Source: an uncultured Thiothrix sp.
Lineage (GTDB): Bacteria > Pseudomonadota > Gammaproteobacteria > Poriferisulfidales > GCA-002705445
DNA: 64,000 nt
Reading direction: 5' to 3'
Assembly (NCBI GenBank): GCA_902559815.1
Contig: CACEJE010000002.1
Span: forward strand, 6,265-70,264
Made by a program: the position numbers and the translations under genes. This document shows positions 12,001 through 22,406 of this stretch, piece after piece. The notes under the pieces are model-generated. The model was not told the DNA's origin and made no database searches. It saw only the letters and a program-made list of their open reading frames with translations. Position 1 is the stretch's first letter. Each line of letters opens with the position of its first letter.

Positions 12001-12822
12001 GTGAAAAGTGAATTACATTTTAGAGGCGAAAGATTTATAATTATTAAATTGTTAATTTTTTTACTTCTTTCAATTACTTTTTTATTTGCTGATATAAATT
12101 TAAAATATAGTAACGAAATTAGGAAAAAATTCTCACATGTAATTCAACCTATATATTCTTTGGCCGCCTTACCAACAGATATATATAACAGTATATCAAC
12201 TTACGTAACATATAAAAATAACTTAATCTTAGAAAAAAAAGAACTAGAAAAAAAAATACTGATACAGTCTGGCATTATTCAAAAGATACCCTCTTTGCAA
12301 GAAGAAAATAAAAGATTAAAGAAATTACTTTACTCATCAAATACTTCAAGCTCCTCGAAAATTCAGATGGCAGAACTTATTAAGGTTAACTTAAACCCTT
12401 TTCATAATAAGATTATTATAAATGAAGGTGCGAATAAAAATATTTTTATTGGTCAAACTGTAATTGATAGTGTGGGAGTCTTAGGTCAAGTTTCAGAAAT
12501 CAATAATGACTTTTCAGTTGTTACATTAATAACAGATCCTGCACATGCTCTTCTTGGTGTAAATGCTAGAACAAATAAAAGAATCATTATTTCTGGAATT
12601 GGAGATAATAGAAAGCTTATCGCAAAATACATACCACTTAATGAAGATATTCAAGAAGGCGATATAATCATAACTTCAGGTCTTGATAATGTTTTCCCTG
12701 AAGGTTATTTAATTGGTCAAATATCAAAAATTAATAGAAAAGAAAGTGATGATTTTTTAAGTGTGTTTGTAACGCCAAGTTCTTCATTGTCATCAAATAG
12801 AGAGGTGATGCTATTATGGTAA
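12001..12822 (+). CDS. mreC: rod-shape determining protein MreC
   Basis: GTG start, N-terminal TM segment, coiled-coil, and C-terminal beta domains (GDIIITSGLD..FPEGYLIG). Follows mreB. Confidence 0.85.
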   Translation: MKSELHFRGERFIIIKLLIFLLLSITFLFADINLKYSNEIRKKFSHVIQPIYSLAALPTDIYNSISTYVTYKNNLILEKKELEKKILIQSGIIQKIPSLQEENKRLKKLLYSSNTSSSSKIQMAELIKVNLNPFHNKIIINEGANKNIFIGQTVIDSVGVLGQVSEINNDFSVVTLITDPAHALLGVNARTNKRIIISGIGDNRKLIAKYIPLNEDIQEGDIIITSGLDNVFPEGYLIGQISKINRKESDDFLSVFVTPSSSLSSNREVMLLW

Positions 12823-13292
12823 ATAAAATTCATTTTGTTGTTATCTTAATTTTATTAATTTCCATGATAATAAATCTATTTCCTTTGCCGGAAATCATTA
12901 CTCCTTATAAGCCGCCACTGTTAATGCTTGTGTTAATATATTGGTCTTTAGCTTTTCCAAACCAAATTAATTTAACTTATGCATTTGTATTTGGAATTAT
13001 TATGGATGTATTATTATTAATGCCTCTTGGATATAATGCATTTTTATACACAGTCACAATTTATTTAATAATAATTTATTATCCACAAATTAGATTACAT
13101 TCATACTGGAATAAAATGTTTTCTCTTTTAATAATATTATTACCATATTTTATAATGTCTACATTTACCAACAACATGCTTAACATTAGTTATGACATAT
13201 TAGAAGTATTCGTTTCAATGATCGTATCTGTTTTAATTTGGCCGTTATTATTTAGCATGTTAAGATTTATTCGCCTAAAATATACAGTATAA
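12816..13292 (+). CDS. mreD: rod-shape determining protein MreD
   Basis: 158-aa polytopic membrane protein overlapping the mreC stop. Called from position and hydrophobicity. Confidence 0.7.
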   Translation: MVNKIHFVVILILLISMIINLFPLPEIITPYKPPLLMLVLIYWSLAFPNQINLTYAFVFGIIMDVLLLMPLGYNAFLYTVTIYLIIIYYPQIRLHSYWNKMFSLLIILLPYFIMSTFTNNMLNISYDILEVFVSMIVSVLIWPLLFSMLRFIRLKYTV

Positions 13293-13293
13293 A

Positions 13294-14406
13294 ATGCAAA
13301 TTAATAAACTACTTACAGAAAAAAAGGAAATAGAAAATTTTCTTCAATCTAAATTAAAATCAGATCAAATAGCAGTTGATATTGAATTTATGAGAAGAAA
13401 TACATTTTTTCCAGAACCTTGTGTAATTCAAATATCTGATGGAAAAAATCATGCATGTATAGATTTAACACTTGATTTAAACTACAAAAAAATATTTCAA
13501 GAGACTTTTAGTGAAAATAAAATAATAATAATGCATTCTTGCAGGCAAGATTTAGAAATCTTAAACTTAATATTAGGATATATTCCAAAAAATATTTTTG
13601 ATACACAATTCGCAGCCTCATTTTTAGGATACAAGTATCAAATAGGATATGCTGAAATTATAAAGTTAATTTTTAATGTTGATATCGATAAAACTGAAAA
13701 GATGACAAATTGGAAAAAAAGACCTCTGTCATCTGAGCAAATATTATATGCATTAAATGACGTAATATATTTAAATAATCTTCATAATAATCTTTTTAAT
13801 GAACTAAAAAAAACAAATAAATTAGAATATTTCTTTGAAGAGTTTAAGAATTATATTGAAGATATAGAATGGGATCCAAGTAGTGAGTTTGCCTGGAAGA
13901 GGCTAAAATCTATCAATAAACTTGATCCAAAAGTTAGAAGTATTGCAAAAATAATTTCTGTATGGAGAGAGAAAAAAGCAATTGAATTAAACTTACCAAG
14001 AAACTGGGTACTCCTTGAAAAAGATATAATTGAAGTTTCAAAAAAGTTTAATAAGGATAATGTTATAAATCTACCAAGTAAAAAAAACTCTTTAAACATT
14101 GAAAAATTTTCTATTGAAATAGAAGATGAAATTAAAAATTTCTCATTAGATAAAAAATCTGATACAAAAAAAAATAAAAAGAATAAACCCCAAGGTGAGT
14201 ATAAAAAAGTAGTAGATGAGCTGTATGAATATTATAAAAATATCTCAATAAAAAATAAAATTTCTTATCAAATATTCTCTCCGAAAAAAATGATTTTAAA
14301 TTATGTCAAAAATCCTAATAAAGAATCAAAGCTAATCAATGGATGGCGAAAAAAACTTATTGATACAAAAAAAATATCACTTATTACAAAGTCATTATCG
14401 GATTAA
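13294..14406 (+). CDS. rnd: ribonuclease D
   Basis: DEDD exonuclease motifs (IAVDIEFMR..., HSCRQDLE, YALNDVIYL) aligning with E. coli Rnd, plus an HRDC-like C-terminal half. Confidence 0.8.
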   Translation: MQINKLLTEKKEIENFLQSKLKSDQIAVDIEFMRRNTFFPEPCVIQISDGKNHACIDLTLDLNYKKIFQETFSENKIIIMHSCRQDLEILNLILGYIPKNIFDTQFAASFLGYKYQIGYAEIIKLIFNVDIDKTEKMTNWKKRPLSSEQILYALNDVIYLNNLHNNLFNELKKTNKLEYFFEEFKNYIEDIEWDPSSEFAWKRLKSINKLDPKVRSIAKIISVWREKKAIELNLPRNWVLLEKDIIEVSKKFNKDNVINLPSKKNSLNIEKFSIEIEDEIKNFSLDKKSDTKKNKKNKPQGEYKKVVDELYEYYKNISIKNKISYQIFSPKKMILNYVKNPNKESKLINGWRKKLIDTKKISLITKSLSD

Positions 14407-14408
14407 TT

Positions 14409-15107
14409 TTAACTTCCGCAATTATTATTTTTTGGAACTGAAATATCTATCTTTTTTGGATTATCTAAATTTAAATTATCCATCTTTGAAATAAAATCAC
14501 CTACTTCAATTTCTTCATTTATTAACATATTGTCTCTTTTTTGATCAAATATTGTTGAATAAGACTTATTATTATAATCGTGTGCAGGGTATACTTTTGT
14601 ATTATCAGACATTTTATAAAAGATATCTTTTATTGTTCTATATAATTGTTTTGCAGACCCTGATTGAAAATCAGTTCTTCCGCAAGAATCTATTAAAAGA
14701 GCATCGCCAGAGAACAATAACTCCTCACCATTCTTTTTTAACATATACGAAAAATGAGTATCTGTATGTCCTGGCGTATAAATCGCTTTTAATTTTAATG
14801 TATTTCCAATTATTAATTCATCATTGTGGCTAAAATTTATGTCTCTACACCGTAAATTATCGCGTCCTGGTCCAGCAATTTTACATCCGGTAATTTCCCT
14901 TAAAGCTGCTGCGCTAGTAATGTGATCTGCATGAATATGTGTATCAATAGCATATTTTAATTGTAAGCCTAACGAATCTACAATTTTTAGGTCTCTATTA
15001 ACTGTCTCAATTACAGGATCTATTAAAATTGCCTCCTGTTTCTCTTGACAAGATATCAAATAAGTATATGTTGATGATTCATTTTCAAATAACTGTTTAA
15101 ATAACAT
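14409..15107 (-). CDS. MBL-fold metallo-hydrolase (ETHE1/persulfide dioxygenase or glyoxalase II-like)
   Basis: HxHxDH motif (THIHADHIT). Size and layout match the ETHE1/GloB subfamily. Confidence 0.7.
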   Translation of the reverse strand: MLFKQLFENESSTYTYLISCQEKQEAILIDPVIETVNRDLKIVDSLGLQLKYAIDTHIHADHITSAAALREITGCKIAGPGRDNLRCRDINFSHNDELIIGNTLKLKAIYTPGHTDTHFSYMLKKNGEELLFSGDALLIDSCGRTDFQSGSAKQLYRTIKDIFYKMSDNTKVYPAHDYNNKSYSTIFDQKRDNMLINEEIEVGDFISKMDNLNLDNPKKIDISVPKNNNCGS

Positions 15108-15179
15108 AATATACTTTAGAAAAGTTATAGTATTAATTATTAATATACAATTTTCTAAGTTAATGATAAAGGTAAAAAA

Positions 15180-15407
15180 ATGAACAAAGAAAATATAAAG
15201 GAAATACTCGAATCATCATTTGATAAATCATCTGTAGAAGTTGATGGTAGCGAGGGAAAATACAATGCAAAAATTATATACGATGGTTTTGAAGGTATGA
15301 ATACTATAGAAAGACATAAGAAAATCTACGCAGTATTAGATACTTACATAAAATCCGGGGAGCTTCACGCCATAAGCCTAAAAACTTACACAAATGGTGA
15401 GGTTTAG
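15180..15407 (+). CDS. BolA/IbaG family protein
   Basis: 75 aa with a BolA-type pattern (...F.GM..IERHKKIY.VL.....GELHAISLKT). Confidence 0.7.
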   Translation: MNKENIKEILESSFDKSSVEVDGSEGKYNAKIIYDGFEGMNTIERHKKIYAVLDTYIKSGELHAISLKTYTNGEV

Positions 15408-15414
15408 TTATAAA

Positions 15415-16014
15415 CTATTCAGTAGCAGTAATCATTTGATCAATTTTTTTAACGCCATTGTGTGATGAAAAATATTTCGATAATATTTTCATCTGATCAT
15501 CAGTTAACGTTGAAGCTATGCCCTTCATAATAGCATTATCTCTATTTCCGTTTTTATAAGATTTTAAAGAATAATAAAGATAATCTTCATATTGCCCACC
15601 AATTTTTGGAAATGTTGGAGCCATACTGTTTCCATCAACCCCATGACAACCGACACAAGAATTTGCTTCATCAATCATTTTAATACTAGAATTTTTAATA
15701 AGTTTTTCATCTGATTTATAAGATGAGAAATAATCTGCAATTTTTTCAATATCTAAATCACTCAAATTTGCCGCATGGGCTTTCATCGTTGGGTGAGATC
15801 TCTCGCCAGACTTATAAGCATTTAGTGCTGAAATAATATATTCTTTATGTTGATTTCCTAATTTTGGGACTTTATATGTTGGATAAATATTATTATAACT
15901 TTCAACACCATGACAACCTAAGCAAGTAGATGAAAGCTCTTCAGGACTTTTTTGTGCATAGGCATTGTAGATATTAAGCATAAAAAAACAAAATATATAA
16001 ATAAAAAATTTCAT
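15415..16014 (-). CDS. dihaem cytochrome c4
   Basis: Signal peptide followed by two CxxCH haem-binding sites (CLGCH, CVGCH) in two repeated domains. Confidence 0.8.
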   Translation of the reverse strand: MKFFIYIFCFFMLNIYNAYAQKSPEELSSTCLGCHGVESYNNIYPTYKVPKLGNQHKEYIISALNAYKSGERSHPTMKAHAANLSDLDIEKIADYFSSYKSDEKLIKNSSIKMIDEANSCVGCHGVDGNSMAPTFPKIGGQYEDYLYYSLKSYKNGNRDNAIMKGIASTLTDDQMKILSKYFSSHNGVKKIDQMITATE

Positions 16015-16189
16015 TCTTATTCACTCACTTATAATGTAGTTTAGTTTTGATTTCGAAAAATTTGAATGCATTATAACGGTATTTATTAAAAATTACACAT
16101 ACAATTTAAAAAAAGATTATAATTTACTTAACTATACGATATTATTTTAATAATTATATAATATAATTAAACCAAAACTTGAGGATCAT

Positions 16190-17455
16190 ATGAAAATAGA
16201 AACAATTGCAGTTCATGGTGGATATAAACCAGAGGAAACAACAAAATCTGTTGCTGTACCAATATATCAGACAGCCTCGTATGCGTTTGATAATACTCAA
16301 CATGGGGCAGATCTTTTCGATTTAAAGGTAAAAGGTAATATATACACAAGAATAATGAACCCAACGACAGAGGTTTTAGAAAATAGAGTTGCTGCAATGG
16401 AAAAAGGAGTTGGTGGTTTAGCTTTTTCATCTGGTATGGCTGCTATAACAGCTGCAGTTTTAAATATAACTTCTAACGGAGATAATATTGTTTCTACAAG
16501 TTCTTTGTACGGTGGAACTGTTAGCTTATTCAAAGATACATTACCAAAAATGGGTATTGAAACAAGATTTGGTGATGTAAAAAAACTTAATGAATTAGAG
16601 AAAAAAATTGATAAAAACACTAAACTAATTTTTTGTGAATCAATTGGAAATCCAGCAGCAAATGTTACCGATATCGAAGAAATTTCAAAACTTGCTCATT
16701 CTCACAATATACCTCTATTTATAGATAATACGGTTCCAAGCCCATATGTTTGTAGGCCTATTGAGTATGGAGCTGATGTTGTAATTCATTCATTAACTAA
16801 GTATTTGTGTGGCCATGGAACTACAATTGGAGGAATTATTGTTGACTCAGGGAAATTTGATTGGAAGTCAAATGAAGATAAGTTTCCACAATTGACTACA
16901 CCTGATCCAGCCTATCATGGTATTGTTTTTACAGATGCTTGCGGACCAGCTGCATTTATAACAAGAGCTAGAGTGGTGCCTTTAAGAAATATGGGCGGAG
17001 CATTATCACCATTGAATAGTTTTCAAATTTTACAAGGCATTGAAAGTCTTGCTGTCAGAATGGACAGACACTGTTCCAATGCTCAAGCCGTAGCAGAATT
17101 TTTAGAAAAGCACGAAGCTGTTAATTGGGTAAATTATCCTGGTTTAAAATCACATCCTGATAATTATCTTGTAAAAAAATACATGAATGGAAAAGCTTCT
17201 GCCGTAATGAGTTTTGGAATAAAAGGCGGAATTACTGCTGGTGGTAAATTTATTGATAAACTTAAACTAATTGTTAGATTGGTAAATATTGGAGATGCAA
17301 AATCACTAGCTTGCCATCCTGCATCAACAACGCATAGACAATTAAATAAACAAGAATTAGAGGCTGCAGGAGTTCCCGAAGATATGGTTAGATTATCAAT
17401 CGGAATTGAGCATATAGATGACATTATTGAAGATTTATCTCAGGCTTTGAAGTAA
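16190..17455 (+). CDS. metY: O-acetylhomoserine/O-acetylserine sulfhydrylase (PLP-dependent)
   Basis: Cys/Met-metabolism PLP family with the HSLTKYL.GHG lysine motif. Length and N-terminus are typical of MetY. Confidence 0.85.
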   Translation: MKIETIAVHGGYKPEETTKSVAVPIYQTASYAFDNTQHGADLFDLKVKGNIYTRIMNPTTEVLENRVAAMEKGVGGLAFSSGMAAITAAVLNITSNGDNIVSTSSLYGGTVSLFKDTLPKMGIETRFGDVKKLNELEKKIDKNTKLIFCESIGNPAANVTDIEEISKLAHSHNIPLFIDNTVPSPYVCRPIEYGADVVIHSLTKYLCGHGTTIGGIIVDSGKFDWKSNEDKFPQLTTPDPAYHGIVFTDACGPAAFITRARVVPLRNMGGALSPLNSFQILQGIESLAVRMDRHCSNAQAVAEFLEKHEAVNWVNYPGLKSHPDNYLVKKYMNGKASAVMSFGIKGGITAGGKFIDKLKLIVRLVNIGDAKSLACHPASTTHRQLNKQELEAAGVPEDMVRLSIGIEHIDDIIEDLSQALK

Positions 17456-17457
17456 AT

Positions 17458-19350
17458 TTATTTGATGTTAATTAATTGTGAAACTCTAATTGTACTCTTG
17501 TTATTGAGAATCCAGTCGTAGACCAATGAATACTCAATAACGAGCTTTACATACTTCCTAGTTTCATTAAATGGTATAGACTCGATCCAGCTATCTTCTG
17601 CAGAATAATTATTTTTCCTCCATTTACTTACGTTGTACAAACCAGCATTATATGAAGCTATTGCTTCAACGTAACTTTTCTTTTTTGATAATAAATATTT
17701 AAAATAGTAAGAACCAACAAATATATTTAATTTTTTGTTATATAGATAATTAATTGAAACTTTTTTCTTTTTATTTTTCTTTAAAACCCAATAAGCAGTT
17801 TTTGGAAGAACTTGCATTATACCTACAGCTCCAGCAGAGGATTTTGCATATTGTATAAAAATACTTTCTTTTCTAGCAATGCCTAATAACAAGCTTTTTT
17901 CAATATTTGATTTTGAGTATTTATCAAAATAATTTTCATATAAAACTGGAAATCTACTTTCTAAGTCATCAAAATACTTCGTATTGCCATACCCTAAAAT
18001 ACTTCCTATACTCCAACCCCATTTTTTAAATAAAACATTAATAGTATTTAGGTTTTTCTCATTCGAATTTCTAAAAAAATATTGTAATTCCTCTCTTGCC
18101 GATCTTCTTTTTCCTAAGATATATAATTCACGCATTCTTTTAACTTCGTTAATAGAAGCTACTTTTTCTAAATCTTCTTTTTGTACTTTATATGGAATAT
18201 TTACTACATTTATTTTTCTATTTAATATTAGTGCAGATAAAAAGCCATAATATGATCTTTTTTTACTCAAATTATCTAGGGCAATCTTATAGTTTTCGTC
18301 CTTGAGTTTATATAATGATTTTCCGTACCAATAACTCCACTTTTCTTCTTTTGCAATAGATTCTGGGAAAAAGCTTATTGTTTCGATAATTTTAGCCCAA
18401 TTAGAATTAAAAATTGCATAGTTTCCAAGGGCTAAATAAAAGTCATTATTACTAGTTTTTATATTATTAAAATCATTATTTTGAAAGATATTTTTTTGAT
18501 TTGTTTTTAAAGCTATAGTGAATATTTCTATAATTTTTTTATTATAAAATTCATCAGAGGCCTTATATAAAGATTTCACTTTATTAAGATATTTTATCGC
18601 AGAAATATAATTTTTTTTTGAAATTCTATCAAGCCCAATACTAAAAATTGTTTCCCTGTACCTATTATTATTTTCAAAAGATTTAGAAATTAAATTTTTT
18701 CTAGGACTAATATATACTTTTAGTAATTTATTTGCCCAAATTTTATTTTTATTTGATATAAATCTTACTAGGTATCTTGCTAAAGAATAGTTATTAGATG
18801 CTAATGCTATATTAATTCTTTGCCAAACTAGCTCATCTGTCATTTTTTTATTTTTATAGAACCATTTAAAAATAAAATCACAAGATTTAGGCTGAGATTT
18901 ACCACTTAACCAAATTGGTATTATTTCTTCTTCTATTTTGTACAACATATTTCTTTTAATTCTAGCTCTTATGTATAAACATTGGAGGTCTATCGAGTCA
19001 GTTTTTTGATAATTTTTTATTAGTTTTTCAGTATCATTTTTTTTTGATAAACGATAAATTAAATTTACATAAGCTTTTTGTGATAAATAGCTTGTTTTGT
19101 ATTTTTTTATAAATGCTATTACATCATCATTATTTATATTTTTTTTTCTATGTAATTCTTTGTACTCTAGTTCTATATATAAAGGGTAATTAACAAGCTG
19201 CTTTTTTAAAATTTTAAAATTTTTATAATCTTTATTTTTAAAGTACTTTAATGCTTTTAAATACTTACTTCTTTCAACATCATACTCTTGACCGTGCGTC
19301 TGTATTGTGAAAAAAAGTGAAAATATTAATAAAATTATTTTAAAATTCAT
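17458..19350 (-). CDS. slt: soluble lytic murein transglycosylase
   Basis: 630 aa: signal peptide, long superhelical repeat region, and C-terminal SLT domain (ARKESIF...GAVGIMQVLP..., ASYNAG). Confidence 0.8.
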   Translation of the reverse strand: MNFKIILLIFSLFFTIQTHGQEYDVERSKYLKALKYFKNKDYKNFKILKKQLVNYPLYIELEYKELHRKKNINNDDVIAFIKKYKTSYLSQKAYVNLIYRLSKKNDTEKLIKNYQKTDSIDLQCLYIRARIKRNMLYKIEEEIIPIWLSGKSQPKSCDFIFKWFYKNKKMTDELVWQRINIALASNNYSLARYLVRFISNKNKIWANKLLKVYISPRKNLISKSFENNNRYRETIFSIGLDRISKKNYISAIKYLNKVKSLYKASDEFYNKKIIEIFTIALKTNQKNIFQNNDFNNIKTSNNDFYLALGNYAIFNSNWAKIIETISFFPESIAKEEKWSYWYGKSLYKLKDENYKIALDNLSKKRSYYGFLSALILNRKINVVNIPYKVQKEDLEKVASINEVKRMRELYILGKRRSAREELQYFFRNSNEKNLNTINVLFKKWGWSIGSILGYGNTKYFDDLESRFPVLYENYFDKYSKSNIEKSLLLGIARKESIFIQYAKSSAGAVGIMQVLPKTAYWVLKKNKKKKVSINYLYNKKLNIFVGSYYFKYLLSKKKSYVEAIASYNAGLYNVSKWRKNNYSAEDSWIESIPFNETRKYVKLVIEYSLVYDWILNNKSTIRVSQLINIK

Positions 19351-19505
19351 TTATATCATAATTTTGTTATGGTTGATTAGACTATAATGCAATTTTTTAT
19401 CTTATGCGACTTTTATAGAAAATGCATATATTGTAAAAAAATGTATAATGTATTCTATGAAATTTCATAAAAATACATATAGTTAGCTAATACTTAATTA
19501 ATCTG

Positions 19506-20288
19506 ATGGAAAATATATTAAATTATTCAATTTTTTTACTATATATGTTAACTGCTCTTTCTATATGGTGGTATTTATCATCTAACGAAAGTAAAAAAAT
19601 TCAAACTACAATTTTTATTTTGTGGGTTTTAGCCATTATTTTACATGCATATTCATTATTTCCAATTTTTGAAGAAAATAGTGTTAATTTATCCCTGTAT
19701 TATGCATTATCAGTAGTTGCATTTATAATCTCATTTTTTTTATATTTTTCATCAATTCTTGGTAATACACAATATTTGGGAATAATAATTCTTCCAATTG
19801 TATCATTTGTATTTCTACTTAACTTTACAAATGTACCTGTAAATATATCTTTAAATAATTTTTTATTCGCTCATGTAATATTGTCATTGATAAGTTACAG
19901 CATATTATGCTTGTCTGCAGCACAATCATTAATTTTAAAATTACAAGAGAAAAAATTACAAAAAAATAAGCCAATTGGTTTTATTGGCTCACTCCCATCA
20001 CTAGATATAATGGATAAACTACTATTTAAATTATTAGCGCTTGGTGTTATTTTTTTATCATTAAGTCTTCTATCGGGTTTAATATTTTTAGAAGATATTT
20101 TTGCTCAGCATTTGGCTCATAAAACAATATTATCCATAATAGCTTGGTTTATATTTATATATTTAATATTCTCAAGGAGTAAATATGGATATAGAGGCAC
20201 AAAAGCAGCAAATATTACTTTAGTAGGATTTTTTATTTTGTTTTTATCTTATTTTGGAACAAAAACAGTTTTGGAAATGATTTTATAA
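19506..20288 (+). CDS. cytochrome c assembly family (CcsA/YpjD-like) inner-membrane protein
   Basis: 260-aa polytopic membrane protein. The pairing with the following DUF21-CBS gene mirrors E. coli ypjD-yfjD. Assigned from family resemblance only. Confidence 0.6.
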   Translation: MENILNYSIFLLYMLTALSIWWYLSSNESKKIQTTIFILWVLAIILHAYSLFPIFEENSVNLSLYYALSVVAFIISFFLYFSSILGNTQYLGIIILPIVSFVFLLNFTNVPVNISLNNFLFAHVILSLISYSILCLSAAQSLILKLQEKKLQKNKPIGFIGSLPSLDIMDKLLFKLLALGVIFLSLSLLSGLIFLEDIFAQHLAHKTILSIIAWFIFIYLIFSRSKYGYRGTKAANITLVGFFILFLSYFGTKTVLEMIL

Positions 20289-20326
20289 AAGAAAATTTAT
20301 GATTAAATAATCAATGGAAAATTATA

Positions 20327-21592
20327 TTGAATGACATATCTACAGAATTTTTAATTATTATTTTAATAATTCTTTTTTTTCTTTCTGCGTTCTTTTCGGG
20401 CTCTGAAACTGCACTTATGTCCATAAATAAATATAAGATGAGACATCAGGCAAAATTAAATAATAAAGGAGCAAAAGCTGCAAAAAAACTTTTGGAAAAT
20501 CCCGATAAAATCATCGGCGTAATACTTTTGGGAAACAACCTTACAAATATTGTTATTACTCAAATTGCAACAATCATATCATTAAGACTCTATGGAGACA
20601 TTGGAATAGCTATTGCTACTGGTCTATTAACTATATTTATATTAATTTTTGCTGAACTTACACCAAAAACTATTGGCGAAATGCATTCTGAAAAAATTGC
20701 ATATTCTTCTTCTCTTCTCTATAAACCAATGCTATTAATTTTATACCCTTTCGTTTTTTTAATTAATCTTATTGCAAATAGTATTATTAAAATGCTTGGA
20801 CTCAAAAATAATGTATCAAAAAGCACCTTATCAGCAGAAGAACTCAAAACCGTGTTAACAGAGTCTTCTCTAAAATTGACAAAAACTCGACTTAAGATGC
20901 TAGAAAGTATTATAGATTTAGAAAAAGCAACAGTTGAAGACATTATGATTCCTAGAAGTGATATATACGGGATTGATCTAGCTGATGATATTGCAACAGT
21001 TGTAAATAATTTTAAAAATACCCCTTATACTAGAATTCCAGTTTTTGAGGATAATATCGAAAACCTATTGGGATTAATTCACGTAAAAAAAATTGCACCT
21101 ATGCTTGCAAGTAGAAGTATAGATGAAAACAAAATAAGAAAACTAATTAGAAAACCATATTATATAGTTTCAGGTACATCACTAAGTAAACAGTTATTAA
21201 ATTTTCAAAAAGAAAAAAGGCGTATTGGTTTTGTGATCGATGAGTATGGTGGAATTCAAGGATTAGTTGCACTAGAAGACATACTTGAAGAAATTGTTGG
21301 AGATTTTACTAGTGATCCAAGTGGTAATGAAGAAATTATTTCTACAGAAAATGAAAATATTTTCTACATTGATGGTGGAGCGCATATAAGAGAAGTAAAT
21401 CAAAATCTTAAAATTAATTTAAAAAGTAAAGAAGCTAAAACAATCAATGGTTTTATACTAGAACACACTGAAAATTTACCTCAAATAGGTGATATAATTA
21501 AAATACAAGGTCATACCTTTAAAATAGTTGAAAACCTAGATAATGCTGTAAAAACAATTCATTTAGAAATTAAAAATGAAAAAGAATTATAA
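20327..21592 (+). CDS. CNNM/HlyC/CorC family transporter (DUF21-CBS-CorC_HlyC)
   Basis: TTG start. Has the N-terminal DUF21 membrane domain (SGSETALMS), a CBS pair, and a C-terminal CorC/HlyC transporter-associated domain. Confidence 0.8.
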   Translation: MNDISTEFLIIILIILFFLSAFFSGSETALMSINKYKMRHQAKLNNKGAKAAKKLLENPDKIIGVILLGNNLTNIVITQIATIISLRLYGDIGIAIATGLLTIFILIFAELTPKTIGEMHSEKIAYSSSLLYKPMLLILYPFVFLINLIANSIIKMLGLKNNVSKSTLSAEELKTVLTESSLKLTKTRLKMLESIIDLEKATVEDIMIPRSDIYGIDLADDIATVVNNFKNTPYTRIPVFEDNIENLLGLIHVKKIAPMLASRSIDENKIRKLIRKPYYIVSGTSLSKQLLNFQKEKRRIGFVIDEYGGIQGLVALEDILEEIVGDFTSDPSGNEEIISTENENIFYIDGGAHIREVNQNLKINLKSKEAKTINGFILEHTENLPQIGDIIKIQGHTFKIVENLDNAVKTIHLEIKNEKEL

Positions 21593-22400
21593 AAATAAGA
21601 AAGTTCAAATATCTAACAATGGTTTATCGCCAACAAATACTGTTACTACATTTAATCATTTAGGTGAAGAAAAAAAATCAAAAGTTGCTGGTGAACTTCC
21701 ATTAACCATAAAAATTAATGATTTAGAAATAGTTACCCTAATGACGTTGGGAACTAGGCCTGAGGAGCTGACCTTAGGTTATCTAAGAAACCAATCTATT
21801 ATTGAAAATATTAACGATATTGTAAGTGTAGATGTTCGATGGGATATAGGAATATCAAACGTTATTGCTAAAAATTTTAATCAAGAATTAATTACAAAAA
21901 AATTATCAAAAAAAACCATAACTACAGGATGTGGTCAAGGAACGATGTACGGAAGTGCGCTTGAAAAACTATATGATAGTAATTTACCAAATATAAAAAT
22001 TAAAAAATCACAGATATTTAATTTACTTGCTAAAATTACAAAATATAATGATATTTATAAAGAAGCAGGAGCTGTCCACGGATGTGCTTTGTGTAACATA
22101 AGTGACGTTGTTGAATTTGTTGAGGATGTTGGAAGACATAATGCGGCAGATACATTATCAGGTATTATGTGGCTTAATAATTTATGTGGCGAAGAATATA
22201 TATTCTATACCACAGGAAGACTAACATCTGAAATTATTATGAAAACAAAAAATATGAATATACCTATAATAATATCCAGATCTGGTGTCACAAATATGGG
22301 TATTGAGTTAGCTAAGGATCTTAATGTAACAATGATCGCTAGATCAAAGCAAAGATCTTTTATAATATATAATAATAAAAGTAATATAATTTTTGATTAA
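21576..22400 (+). CDS. fdhD: formate dehydrogenase accessory sulfurtransferase FdhD homolog
   Basis: 274 aa with FdhD-like core (EDVGRHNA.D, SSR.S.E...K motifs). Confidence 0.75.
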   Translation: MKKNYKNKKVQISNNGLSPTNTVTTFNHLGEEKKSKVAGELPLTIKINDLEIVTLMTLGTRPEELTLGYLRNQSIIENINDIVSVDVRWDIGISNVIAKNFNQELITKKLSKKTITTGCGQGTMYGSALEKLYDSNLPNIKIKKSQIFNLLAKITKYNDIYKEAGAVHGCALCNISDVVEFVEDVGRHNAADTLSGIMWLNNLCGEEYIFYTTGRLTSEIIMKTKNMNIPIIISRSGVTNMGIELAKDLNVTMIARSKQRSFIIYNNKSNIIFD

Positions 22401-22406
22401 AATTTT

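Noticed and set aside
16015-16189. Possible SAM/methionine riboswitch upstream of metY
   Set aside because: The 175-bp spacer is almost pure AT, with no GC-supported helices and no SAM-I/II/V-like consensus that I can recognise. It is more likely just divergent promoters.
19456-19469. Perfect 14-nt palindrome TATGAAATTTCATA in the slt/ypjD-like divergent spacer (possible operator), and a 27-codon Cys-containing ORF starting at 19387
   Set aside because: AT-only palindromes of this length are expected by chance at this base composition. It matches no operator consensus I know (Fur, ArgR). The small ORF has no Shine-Dalgarno.
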